Positions 9,895 to 21,126 of a DNA stretch of 64,000 nt are shown one piece after another. The DNA is taken from positions 32,001 through 96,000 of the forward strand of contig CAVTMK010000004.1 of assembly GCA_963735805.1 (NCBI GenBank), in the 5' to 3' direction. Made by a program: the position numbers and the translations under genes. The first letter of the stretch is position 1. The number at the start of each line of letters is the position of its first letter. The DNA comes from an uncultured Verrucomicrobiae bacterium (GTDB taxonomy: Bacteria > Verrucomicrobiota > Verrucomicrobiia > Chthoniobacterales > UBA10450). The notes beneath the pieces were generated by a model. The model worked only from the letters and a program-made list of their open reading frames with translations. It was not told the origin of the DNA and made no database searches.

Positions 9895-12800
9895 TCAGCA
9901 CGACAACGCTGTCTTCGAACGCCATGGGTTCAACGCTTTTCGCAAAAACGGAGCGGTACGGCTGACGCGATTCTTCGAGACTTTTTCCGGTGTTCCGCAG
10001 ACAACCACTTTGCCGCCATCCGCGCCGGCTTCGGGCCCAAGATCAACAATATAATCGGCTTCGGCAATCACGCTCACATTGTGTTCGATGACAATCACCG
10101 TGTTCCCTTCATCGACGAGCCGGTGCAGCACGTTAAGAAGCAATTCAATGTCAGCCATGTGCAGTCCGATGGTGGGTTCCTCAAGCAAATACAACGTCGA
10201 GCCTGGTTTGCGCATTTTGCGAATCTGCTCATCCGCCGCACGGCTAACGCCACGCTTGAGTTGGGTGACTAGTTTCAGCCGTTGCGCTTCGCCGCCGCTG
10301 AGCGTCGGACTCGGTTGCCCCAGCTTGAGATAACCCAGCCCGGTATCGACCAAAAGCGAAAGCGGTCTCGCGATCTTAGGGTGGACTGAGAAAAATTGCG
10401 CCGCTTCCTCGATCGTCATCTCCATCACGTCGCCGATCGATTTGTCGTTATACAGCACCTCAAGCGTTTGGGGATTATAACGTTTGCCGCTGCAGTCTTC
10501 GCACGGCACATAGCTGCGCGGCAGAAAATTCATCTCCAATTTGATCACGCCCTGACCCTTACAAGTTTCGCAACGACCGCCTTCGGCATTGAACGAGAAT
10601 CGGCTGGCAGAATATCCACGCACGCGCGAGACGGGTAATTGCGCGTAGAGATTCCGGATCTCGTCAAACACCTTAACGTAGGTCCCCGGCGTCGAGCGCG
10701 ATGTTTTACCGATGGGTGATTGATCGACTTCGTAAACGGCTTCGATTTCACGCGAACCGCTAACCAGCTTGAACAGATCACCGTTTCCGGCGCGTTTCTT
10801 CTGGTTCAACTGCTCGCGCACAGCAGGGAAAATCACCTCGTGCATCAATGTCGATTTGCCGCTGCCGGAAATTCCTGTGATCACCGAAAGTCTGCCAACA
10901 GGAAATCGAACATCGATATCCTTTAAATTATTCGCTCTTGCGTCATGGACGTTGATCCAGTGTTCAACCTCGCGCAACGACCGGCGCGATCCGCGGGTAG
11001 GATGTCGAAGCGGTATCTTCAGGCAGCGTGCTGTTTCCGAATTTGGACTTCTTTTGACGTCGCCCAGTGTGCCGGTTGCCACGACTTCCCCGCCGTGAAT
11101 CCCTGCTCGGGGACCCAGATCGACAATGTGATCGGCACGCCGCATTGTTTCCTCATCATGCTCGACGATAATCAGTGAGTTTCCTTTGTTCCGCAGCGCA
11201 GTGAGCGTGTCCAGTAATCGCAAGTTATCGCGCGGATGAAGACCGATCGTCGGCTCATCCAGCACGTAAAGCACACCGCGCAGGTTCGAGCCGAGTTGTG
11301 CTGCCAATCTGATTCGCTGCGATTCTCCGCCGCTCAATGTTTTCGCTGAGCGTCCGAGCGCGAGATAACCGAGGCCAACCCTCTCCATGAAACGTAATCG
11401 CTGCTGGATTTCTGGAACCAGACCGGCAGCGATCGTTTGGTGTGTCCCTCGGAACTTCAATCTCTCGACCTTGCGCGTCGCTTCGCTAGCCGAAAGGTTC
11501 GTAAACTGATCGATGGTGTAACCCTGGACACGCACGTGACGCGCTACAGCGTTCAAGCGCGAACCGTGACAACTCGGGCATTCGTGCGCTTCGCCTTCCG
11601 CGATCCATTCGGACTCGCGCTCGGCGGCAAGCTCGGTCTCCAAAACCGATTCGCCGTCGGTGTTGGCAGCGGTTTGCAGATCCTGGTCAAAAATTTCTCC
11701 GAACCCGCCGCATTCTTCGCACGCTCCGTGAGGTGAATTAAACGAAAACAAGCGCGGATCGAGCTCCTCGAACGCGCGGCCACAATTTGGACAGCTCATT
11801 TCGGTGCTCACGACTGTGACTCTGTTTTTCGAGTCAAGCAGACGCCCCGTGCCGCGGCCGATTTCCAGCGCACGACGAACGATGTCGCGCGTCTCCCCAA
11901 TTCGCTTCTGATCAATGAGACCAACGACTACATCGATCGTATGTTCTTTGAACCGCTCCAGCTTTCGAAAATCCGGGATTGGAATTAATTTTTCATCCAC
12001 ATACAGCGTGTCGAATCCCTGGCGTTCCGCCCAGCGCGCGATTTCGGTGTGAAAACCTTTTCGGGCCTTGACCAGTGGCGCAAGCATTCTCACCGGTCCG
12101 CGTTTCGCTGTTGATTCGATTTGTTTGGCAATGGCGGCAAAGTTTTGCTTTTCCACGGGCAAATCGCAGTCGGGGCAGAACTGTGTTCCTGTTTTTGCAA
12201 AAAGCAGGCGGAGAAAATGGTAAACCTCTGTCACTGTCGCTACAGTCGACTTTCCTCCGCCGCGCGTGACTCGTTGTTCAATCGCCACACTGGGAGGCAA
12301 GCCACTGACCCGGTCGACATCGGGTTTTTCGAGCTGCTCAACGAATTGCCGTGCATACGGCGACATGCTGTCCAGAAAACGTCGTTGTCCCTCCGCGAAC
12401 AGAATATCAAATGCGAGCGTGGATTTGCCGGAGCCGCTCAGACCGGTAATGACCACCATTTGCTGCCTCGGGATTTTGACATCGATATTTTTCAGGTTGT
12501 GCTCACGCGCGCCGTGGACCTGGATCACGCCGTTGCGTCCGTGAACTCGAAATCGTGGTGCCTCCTCAGCAGCTCGTGCGATTTCTGCATCGTCATCCTG
12601 AGCGTAAGCGAAGGACCTCTCCCACTCGTGCGGTACCTTGTGAGGTCCCTCGCCATCTTCGCGGCTCGGGATGACCCGCAGTGCCTTTTGAGATTTCCCA
12701 AGCACATTTCGCAAAAATCGACCCGTATGCGAACTCTCGATCCTGGCAATTCGCTCTGGCGTTCCAACGGCGACCACATCGCCGCCTGCGTCCCCGGCTT

Positions 12801-15800
12801 CGGGGCCAAGATCGACAATCCAGTCGGCGCACTTAATCACTTCCAGATTGTGCTCGATCACCACGATGGAGTGACCGCGATCAACCAATCGCTGAAATAA
12901 TCGCAGCAGTATCGCCACGTCATCAAAATGTAGTCCGGTGGTTGGTTCATCGAAGATAAACAAATTACCAATCGCCTCCCTATTTTCGGATTGGTCGTTC
13001 TCTGTCTGCGCGAGATGGCTAACCAGTTTCAGCCTTTGCGATTCGCCGCCGGAAAGGGTGTTGAGAGGTTGCCCCAATCGTAGGTAACCAAGCCCGACCT
13101 GCTTAAGCACACCAAGCGGTTCGGACAAAGTCCTCTCTTCGCCGATTTGCACGAAGAATTCGATCGCTTCGCTTACGGTGAGCTTAAGCAGATCGTGGAT
13201 TGATTTTCCGTTCAGTTGAACTTTCAGAACGTGCGGCTGAAACCGTTTGCCTTCGCATTCGGCGCAGCGCACAAAAAGATCACTCAAAAATTGCATCTCA
13301 ATTTTTTCATAACCCGTGCCTGAGCAGCGTTCACAGCGACCGCTGCCGGAATTAAAAGAGAATGTCCCCGCTGCCAGTCCCTGCGACATCGCTTCCGGTT
13401 GAGCAGCGAACAGTTCGCGAACACGATCGTAAAGTCCGAGATAAAGGAGCGGCGTTGACCGCGGCGTGCGTACGAGCGGCGCTTGATCGATCATGATTAC
13501 GTCGCGGATTCGATGAGCGCCGGTAATCGACTTGCACATGCCCGGCTCCTGGTTGGACGACTGCCCCTTCGTAACGAGCAGGTTCCGGTACAGGACGTCG
13601 TGAATAAGCGTGGATTTTCCGGAACCGGAAACCCCGGTGACACAGGTGAATACGCCCAGCGGAACATTGACATCGATATTTTTCAGGTTGTGCTGTCGGG
13701 CGCCGATGATCTTGATGGATGACTTCGATGTTCGCCGCGAGGTCGGGACAGGAATCGATTTAAGATTCGTCAGGTAATCGCGCGTTAAGGATTGGTGGAT
13801 CGGCTTCTCCGAAGACGATCGCCTCTCTAAAGCCGCAACGCGTCCGAAATTTGATCGCTGCGCGATTTTGGGTGCCATCGCGTTCGGAGAACACGATCCA
13901 CCTAAAAATGAGTCTAGCGTTCCATTCCAAACCAACTCGCCGCCGTGCTCGCCTCGGCCTGGGCCGATATCGATCAGATTATCAGCAGCACGAATGATCT
14001 GTTCCTCGTGCTCGACCACGAGCAGTGTATTCCCTTTGTCGCGCAAGTTATGCATCACGCGCACCAGCCGCCCAACATCGCGCGGATGTAAACCAATGCT
14101 TGGTTCATCCATGACGAAGAGCGTGTTGACCAGCGATGCACCGAGACACGTTGTAAGATTAACTCGTTGCACCTCGCCGCCGGACAAACTTCGCGTGGAG
14201 CGGTCGAGCGTGAGATAGCCAACGCCGACTTCACAAAGATAATTGAGGCGCGCACAGATTTCGTCGCTCAACATCCGTGCGGTCGAATCTTTTGGCGGAA
14301 TCTCGATCGCCGTCAGAAAATCACGGGCATCCAAGATCGAAAGCGCCTGGAATGCGGGGAGTGTCAATCGAATCTCGGATTTCGAATTTCGAATTCCTAA
14401 TTCGGTGGCAATCTTGTAATTCAGCGCTTCGGGCTGATATCGGCCGCCATCGCACTTTGGACACGTAACGTAAGCTCGATAGCGGCTGAGCAATACGCGA
14501 ACATGCATTTTATAAGTCTTGCTCTCGAGCCAGCGAAAGAACCCGCGGACGCCATACCACCGATCGTTTTCGTAATCTTCGTCGGCATAATCGCCTGATC
14601 GTTTCTCGCCTTCGATGACGAACTCCTGATCGGCCTTCGGCAATTCTTCGAATGGAACATGGATGTCGATCTCTTTACGTATGCACGCTCGAAGCAAATC
14701 TTTCTGCGATTCGCCAAACTCGACACCGCGAAAAACGCGGACCGCACCTTGTTTGATGCTGAGGCTGCGATCTGGAATCGCCTTGTTTAGATCGATTGCG
14801 ATGGTACGACCAAATCCGCGACATTCCGGACATGCGCCGAGTGGATTATTAAAACTGAACAGCCCAGGTGTAGGCGGCCGAATATCGATATCGCAGTGGG
14901 GGCAATGCCAGCCAGTGGAGAAAGGCATTGCAGATTGGTAGTGCGCGACCTCCCGGCGCGCGGTCGCAGACCTGGCAGGCTGATTGAGGTGGGAGACCGG
15001 CACAACATTGACCTTCCCTTTCCCAAAACGCAGCGCGGTTTCGATAGCTTCAACCAGGCGTGCACGGTTTTCTTCCGAGACTGCGATGCGATCCTGAATG
15101 ACCTGAACGCGGCCGCCTAGCCGTTTCAGTTTTGGATCGACGTCGACGCGCACGATTTGGTTGTCGACCCATACGCGGAGATACCCCTGTTGCTGAAGAA
15201 ATTCGAAGAACTTACGTGGCTCGGTTTTCGGCGGAACAACAACCCAGAATGTGACGAGAATAGTTTTCCCCGCGCAGGCGTGTAAGACCTGCTGACTGAT
15301 TGACTGCGCCGTTTCCGGGCGAATTTCCCGGCTGCAACTCGGACAGAATGCTCGAGCGATGCGTGGCCAGAACAATTTCAGATAATCGTTGATCTCGGTC
15401 ATCGTGCCGACGGTCGAGCGCGAGCTCTTCACCGGGTTCGCTTGCTCGATGGCAATCGCAGGAGGGATTCCGCGGATTTCTTTCACGCGCGGCTTGTCCA
15501 TGCGGTCGAGAAATTGCCGCATGTAGGGACTAAACGTTTCGACGTAACGTCGCTGGCCTTCAGCGTAAATCGTCTCGAACGCCAGACTTGATTTGCCGCT
15601 GCCGCTGGGCCCTGTAACAACCGTCAATTTTCCCAGCGGGAGATCGACATCGATCCCTTTGAGATTGTTCTGACGCGCCCCGCGAACCTCTATTTGATTT
15701 TTCGCACCTGGCCCTTTGACGCGCTCTTTTTTTGCGACCTTCGAACCCACTGGAAATATTCGCTGCCAGTCAAGCGGTTCGCAAATTTTAGTAGCGCAAA

Positions 15801-15810
15801 CGCATGTCAT
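9895..15810 (-). CDS. uvrA: Excinuclease ABC subunit A, double-length (two fused UvrA units)
   Basis: Four GxSGSGKS Walker A and four LSGGE signatures, several CxxC zinc motifs; true start may be GTG at 15750. Confidence 0.95.
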   Translation of the reverse strand: MTCVCATKICEPLDWQRIFPVGSKVAKKERVKGPGAKNQIEVRGARQNNLKGIDVDLPLGKLTVVTGPSGSGKSSLAFETIYAEGQRRYVETFSPYMRQFLDRMDKPRVKEIRGIPPAIAIEQANPVKSSRSTVGTMTEINDYLKLFWPRIARAFCPSCSREIRPETAQSISQQVLHACAGKTILVTFWVVVPPKTEPRKFFEFLQQQGYLRVWVDNQIVRVDVDPKLKRLGGRVQVIQDRIAVSEENRARLVEAIETALRFGKGKVNVVPVSHLNQPARSATARREVAHYQSAMPFSTGWHCPHCDIDIRPPTPGLFSFNNPLGACPECRGFGRTIAIDLNKAIPDRSLSIKQGAVRVFRGVEFGESQKDLLRACIRKEIDIHVPFEELPKADQEFVIEGEKRSGDYADEDYENDRWYGVRGFFRWLESKTYKMHVRVLLSRYRAYVTCPKCDGGRYQPEALNYKIATELGIRNSKSEIRLTLPAFQALSILDARDFLTAIEIPPKDSTARMLSDEICARLNYLCEVGVGYLTLDRSTRSLSGGEVQRVNLTTCLGASLVNTLFVMDEPSIGLHPRDVGRLVRVMHNLRDKGNTLLVVEHEEQIIRAADNLIDIGPGRGEHGGELVWNGTLDSFLGGSCSPNAMAPKIAQRSNFGRVAALERRSSSEKPIHQSLTRDYLTNLKSIPVPTSRRTSKSSIKIIGARQHNLKNIDVNVPLGVFTCVTGVSGSGKSTLIHDVLYRNLLVTKGQSSNQEPGMCKSITGAHRIRDVIMIDQAPLVRTPRSTPLLYLGLYDRVRELFAAQPEAMSQGLAAGTFSFNSGSGRCERCSGTGYEKIEMQFLSDLFVRCAECEGKRFQPHVLKVQLNGKSIHDLLKLTVSEAIEFFVQIGEERTLSEPLGVLKQVGLGYLRLGQPLNTLSGGESQRLKLVSHLAQTENDQSENREAIGNLFIFDEPTTGLHFDDVAILLRLFQRLVDRGHSIVVIEHNLEVIKCADWIVDLGPEAGDAGGDVVAVGTPERIARIESSHTGRFLRNVLGKSQKALRVIPSREDGEGPHKVPHEWERSFAYAQDDDAEIARAAEEAPRFRVHGRNGVIQVHGAREHNLKNIDVKIPRQQMVVITGLSGSGKSTLAFDILFAEGQRRFLDSMSPYARQFVEQLEKPDVDRVSGLPPSVAIEQRVTRGGGKSTVATVTEVYHFLRLLFAKTGTQFCPDCDLPVEKQNFAAIAKQIESTAKRGPVRMLAPLVKARKGFHTEIARWAERQGFDTLYVDEKLIPIPDFRKLERFKEHTIDVVVGLIDQKRIGETRDIVRRALEIGRGTGRLLDSKNRVTVVSTEMSCPNCGRAFEELDPRLFSFNSPHGACEECGGFGEIFDQDLQTAANTDGESVLETELAAERESEWIAEGEAHECPSCHGSRLNAVARHVRVQGYTIDQFTNLSASEATRKVERLKFRGTHQTIAAGLVPEIQQRLRFMERVGLGYLALGRSAKTLSGGESQRIRLAAQLGSNLRGVLYVLDEPTIGLHPRDNLRLLDTLTALRNKGNSLIIVEHDEETMRRADHIVDLGPRAGIHGGEVVATGTLGDVKRSPNSETARCLKIPLRHPTRGSRRSLREVEHWINVHDARANNLKDIDVRFPVGRLSVITGISGSGKSTLMHEVIFPAVREQLNQKKRAGNGDLFKLVSGSREIEAVYEVDQSPIGKTSRSTPGTYVKVFDEIRNLYAQLPVSRVRGYSASRFSFNAEGGRCETCKGQGVIKLEMNFLPRSYVPCEDCSGKRYNPQTLEVLYNDKSIGDVMEMTIEEAAQFFSVHPKIARPLSLLVDTGLGYLKLGQPSPTLSGGEAQRLKLVTQLKRGVSRAADEQIRKMRKPGSTLYLLEEPTIGLHMADIELLLNVLHRLVDEGNTVIVIEHNVSVIAEADYIVDLGPEAGADGGKVVVCGTPEKVSKNRVSRTAPFLRKALNPWRSKTALSC
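12592..12675. repeat. Palindromic REP/RPE-like element inserted in frame in uvrA
   Basis: GTCATCCTGAGC...GCTCGGGATGAC outer arms and GCGAAGGACCTC...GAGGTCCCTCGC inner arms; 84 nt; reads VIPSREDGEGPHKVPHEWERSFAYAQDD in the inter-unit linker. Confidence 0.8.
13794..13902. repeat. REPIN-like inverted repeat doublet inside uvrA
   Basis: GGTGGATCGGCTTCTCCGAAGACGAT versus reverse complement of right arm GGTGGATCGTGTTCTCCGAACGCGAT; each arm has an internal hairpin after GTGG. Confidence 0.8.
14370..14404. repeat. Degenerate heptamer tandem repeat inside uvrA
   Basis: GAATCTC GGATTTC GAATTTC GAATTCC TAATTCG; translated ELGIRNSKSEIR. Confidence 0.65.
14937..15006. repeat. Degenerate GTAG-type REP-like element inside uvrA
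   Basis: GGTAGTGCGCGACCTCCC left arm with partially complementary GGGAGACCGGCACAAC right arm. Confidence 0.5.
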
Positions 15811-15870
15811 TCCGAACGAATCATCCGTCAGAGGTTCCTCGCTTCGCTCGAGAGGACAAACGGCGGGTGA

Positions 15871-17676
<1,806 letters not shown>

Positions 17677-17829
17677 GAAACGAAGGTGTCCATTCTAACT
17701 ACGAATAAACGGATTCGCCACGTTGAATCGTTTGAACGGTTAAATCTTTTCCCTGAGAGTAATGGCGCGGAAATCTACGAACCATGAATCACGCTTGCGC
17801 AAAAACAGTGCGCGGCATTAATTGAAAGC

Positions 17830-18681
17830 ATGTTCGGGGTCACCACCTCCGATGATTATCGGCCGGTTGCGTGGATGGGTCGTTATCCCGTCGATGTGAC
17901 CACAATGCTGGTTGGGCTGCATGTCGCGGCCGCGATTCTCACAGCGATTCTCGTCATGATTGGGGCACATTCCGTCTTAGCCCATTTACAATTCGATAGC
18001 GCGGCAGTGTGGGCCGGCCAGGTGTGGCGCCTTTTCACGTATGCGTTCGTACATGCCCCATCCGCGCTGCTCTGGTTTGCCATCGAGATGTACATGTTGT
18101 TCGTGTTTGGACGGGAAGTGGAGCGCTTTATCGGCCGACGCGCTTACATCACCCTGTATATCATTTTGCTGGTGACGCCTGCGGTGTTATTGACGATCTG
18201 GGGACTCTGGCAGCGTTCAGTCCTGTCCCTTGCTTCCGGTTCGTCAGCGCTGCATTTTGGCATTTTTGTTGCCTTTGCCACCATCTATCCGCGAGCTGAG
18301 TTGTTTCTGCGGATCATGACCAAATGGGTGGTACTGATTCTCGCCGCCGTTTACACGCTTCAGTTGCTCGCTTATCACGCCTGGAGCGATCTGATGGTCG
18401 TTTGGACGAGCATTGGCGCAGCGTTCCTTTTCATTGAAATGCACGGTGCCGGACCCGAACTTGTCTGGTGGGATACATTGAAGGCCCGCTTCAGCCCCAA
18501 GCCGAAGTTTCATGTCGTGCCCAAAATGCGTTCCAATCGTTCGGCCGAACCGGATGACGTTGAGGTTTCGATCGATCCCATACTGGACAAGATTTCCAAG
18601 TTGGGAATCGGTAGTTTGACAGCGAGCGAGCGGCGGCAACTTGATCGTGAACGGGAGCGCCTCTTAAAAAAATCCGAGTGA
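17830..18681 (+). CDS. Rhomboid-family membrane protein with C-terminal helical tail
   Basis: GQVWRLFTYAFVH rhomboid motif, multiple TMs, C-terminal IDPILDKISKLGIGSLT. Confidence 0.8.
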   Translation: MFGVTTSDDYRPVAWMGRYPVDVTTMLVGLHVAAAILTAILVMIGAHSVLAHLQFDSAAVWAGQVWRLFTYAFVHAPSALLWFAIEMYMLFVFGREVERFIGRRAYITLYIILLVTPAVLLTIWGLWQRSVLSLASGSSALHFGIFVAFATIYPRAELFLRIMTKWVVLILAAVYTLQLLAYHAWSDLMVVWTSIGAAFLFIEMHGAGPELVWWDTLKARFSPKPKFHVVPKMRSNRSAEPDDVEVSIDPILDKISKLGIGSLTASERRQLDRERERLLKKSE

Positions 18682-18743
18682 CGCCATAGTGGTGGCCGTA
18701 TCGGCATTACGGTACCTGTTTGTAATGCAGGCCGCACCTGCCT

Positions 18744-19328
18744 CTATAGTTTGGTTCCTGCCAAGCTCGCTTCGCAAGCTTCGCACAGCACATGAAGCAA
18801 AAGCTGATGCGCTTCCTGAATCCGAGCGGTGATATCGCTGCGAACCAGGATGTCGACGTCGGCCATACCGAGTGTCGATCCACCGTCGCGTCCGAGGAAG
18901 GCGATAGTCTTAAGCTGACGGGCTTTTGCTTCCTGGAACGCCCGCTCGATATTCTTGGATTTGCCCGACGTTGTCAGGCAAATTAGCAGATCTCCTGGAA
19001 GGCCAAAAGCGGCCACTTGGCGGGCGAAGATCTCGTCGAAGCCATAATCGTTGCCGGCGGCGGTAAGCAATCCGCCGTCGCCCGCAAGACAAATGGCCGG
19101 GTATGCGGGACGGTCCTTCATAAAGCGCACGACAAATTCCGTTGCAAAATGGGATGCGTCAGCTGCGCTGCCGCCGTTCCCGCAAACGAGTAATTTGTTT
19201 CCCCCGCGCAGACACTGCTCAATCAAATTTCCAGCCTTTGCAAGTTGCGAATCGAGGTCGAGCAATGACTGCAGCGTCTCTTTGGCTGCCGCGACTGCGG
19301 TGGCTAAAATCTTAGATGAGTGTCCCAT
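18744..19328 (-). CDS. gmhA: D-sedoheptulose 7-phosphate isomerase (SIS domain)
   Basis: CGNGGSAADASHF, NDYGFDEIFARQV, TTSGKSKN, TARIQEAH. Confidence 0.93.
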   Translation of the reverse strand: MGHSSKILATAVAAAKETLQSLLDLDSQLAKAGNLIEQCLRGGNKLLVCGNGGSAADASHFATEFVVRFMKDRPAYPAICLAGDGGLLTAAGNDYGFDEIFARQVAAFGLPGDLLICLTTSGKSKNIERAFQEAKARQLKTIAFLGRDGGSTLGMADVDILVRSDITARIQEAHQLLLHVLCEACEASLAGTKL

Positions 19329-19434
19329 ACGTCGTTCAGTAAAGCATACCCTTCGTTGTTCGCATTTGTCGAAACCGTAAGTGAGACAACTGTGTAAAAA
19401 CCAGACCTTTTTACCTTCTGATGAGCATTTTGGG

Positions 19435-19464
19435 GGAACTTCGCTTTCCCGTTTCCGTAGAAGT
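19435..19464 (+). promoter_or_regulatory. Putative ECF sigma factor promoter, copy 1
   Basis: GGAAC-N16-CGTA; shares GTTTCCGTAGAAGT with copy 2. Confidence 0.55.
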
Positions 19465-19655
19465 GCTTGTGCACGGTGTAATGCTCGACCTCACACTTAA
19501 CGTTCTTGGCCATCACGCTCTAGCGAGACTGCGGGGTCCCCTTGGGAGCCCGGTCGCTGATCACCAGAGACTCCTCCTCTGGCCGACGAATAGCCCCAAA
19601 ACAGCGAACAAACGGAGCGCAGTCAGCAACCAGCAGCGAGATGGTACAACAAAAA

Positions 19656-19844
19656 ATGGATCTTACCGGCCTTACTGATTCCCATTCAACCACCCACCAC
19701 GAACACGACGAGTGCCCGCACTGTTGCGGCGTGGTGCGAATGCATAACGGACTTTGCCTCGGGTGTTTAGTGCAAACGGGACTAGCTGAAGAGGAGGGCT
19801 CTCACGGGGAGAACCTCGATACTCTTCTCTCTGAGATCGAATAA
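19656..19844 (+). CDS. Small Cys-rich protein or remnant of a kinase N-terminal zinc-ribbon-like segment
   Basis: CPHC...LCLGCL followed by an acidic helix, then stop. Confidence 0.4.
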   Translation: MDLTGLTDSHSTTHHEHDECPHCCGVVRMHNGLCLGCLVQTGLAEEEGSHGENLDTLLSEIE

Positions 19845-19945
19845 GCACTCGGATCGATCACTTCGATCGTCGATTCTCTTCCATTTAAGGCTTGATCTGC
19901 GGATTGTGACAGTGCCGTTAACTTCCTTCGTCCCGCAAAATAATT

Positions 19946-19976
19946 GGAACCTTCACCCTCCAGTTTCCGTAGAAGT
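19946..19976 (+). promoter_or_regulatory. Putative ECF sigma factor promoter, copy 2 (upstream of the polysaccharide operon)
   Basis: GGAAC-N17-CGTA; 14-nt identity with copy 1. Confidence 0.55.
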
Positions 19977-20238
19977 AAGCGTGCGGGAAACCAGACTTAT
20001 CCAACAGCCTCCCCCGGCATGCCGGCCCGGCTGCGTTGAGACGCCATTCTACCGGCCTGATTTCAATTTTTGTTTCCAATTTTGTCCCCCAGTTTTCACA
20101 TTTTTGAGGGTGAATTTTTCGAGGACCTGCTCCTCGGTCACGTTTGCTTGATAAACGGAAGACCTAGATGCAGGCACCTCCTCACTCTCACAGTCCCGCG
20201 TGGTTAGCGGGTTAGCAGTATTTGGAGGAACTCAACAC

Positions 20239-21126
20239 ATGAGAATAGAAGGTCATCTCCCGCATACCAGGCGGGCGACCAAGGGCGGCAGCTTGCCCTT
20301 TAATAGCTCGAATGGGAACGGGGCGAAAGCGCCTCGCATTAGAATCGATTTTTCAGCAGCGCCCGTCCAACGGGTGCCTGGTTGGAAATCGGCCCTCGAC
20401 ATGACGTGCATTCTGCTTGCGCTGCCGATTTGGTTGCCGCTGATGATCTTGCTCATGATAGTAACGCGGCTCGCTTCGCCAGGACCAATTTTCTACCGAC
20501 AACAACGTGTCGGGCTTGGGGGAAGACGTTTTTCTATATGGAAGTTTCGGACAATGAAGGTGAGTGCGGAGACACAACCCCATGAGCACTATTTCCATGA
20601 ATTGATGAAGGGTGATTGTCCAATGACGAAGTTGGACGCTTATGGCGATCCACGCCTCGCCCCTTGTGGCCGATTTCTACGTGCGAGCGGCCTGGATGAG
20701 TTGCCTCAAATCTTCAACGTGCTTTGCGGTGAGATGAGTCTGGTCGGTCCGCGGCCATGCACGCCAAATGAATTTGCCCACTATGAGCCATGGCAACGCG
20801 AACGCGTAAACGGTCTGCCCGGCTTGACCGGATACTGGCAGGTAAACGGAAAGAACAAGACGACGTTCAACGAGATGATCGTGATGGATCTGTTCTATGT
20901 AAGGAACCTATCGCTCCTCCTGGACCTGAAAATCTTGTTCAAGACCTGCACTGTTGTCGCTGGGCAACTGCTCGAATCGAGACTGCCGGCACAACCCAAT
21001 CGACAAGACAGCACTCCCTACGCACCGGGACCGATTCTACAAACGTTCGTAGACTCGGCTCGAAAAAGTGCGCGCTCACCCAGCGCGATCTTGCACCGTC
21101 TCGCAGAATCCAGTCCCAAATCATGA
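20239..21126 (+). CDS. Priming sugar transferase (polyprenyl-phosphate phosphoglycosyltransferase)
   Basis: KFRTM, LDELPQIFNVLCGEMSLVGPRP, PGLTGYWQV; GGAGG RBS at 20224. Confidence 0.93.
   Translation: MRIEGHLPHTRRATKGGSLPFNSSNGNGAKAPRIRIDFSAAPVQRVPGWKSALDMTCILLALPIWLPLMILLMIVTRLASPGPIFYRQQRVGLGGRRFSIWKFRTMKVSAETQPHEHYFHELMKGDCPMTKLDAYGDPRLAPCGRFLRASGLDELPQIFNVLCGEMSLVGPRPCTPNEFAHYEPWQRERVNGLPGLTGYWQVNGKNKTTFNEMIVMDLFYVRNLSLLLDLKILFKTCTVVAGQLLESRLPAQPNRQDSTPYAPGPILQTFVDSARKSARSPSAILHRLAESSPKS

Noticed and set aside
9127..10272. 381-aa + strand ORF
   Set aside because: It is an antisense shadow of lgt and uvrA with no recognisable motifs; the same applies to most short overlapping ORFs in the track.
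9895..15810. Double-length UvrA as a novelty
   Set aside because: Fused tandem UvrA is already known, e.g. in Chlamydiae; only the repeat insertions are reported.
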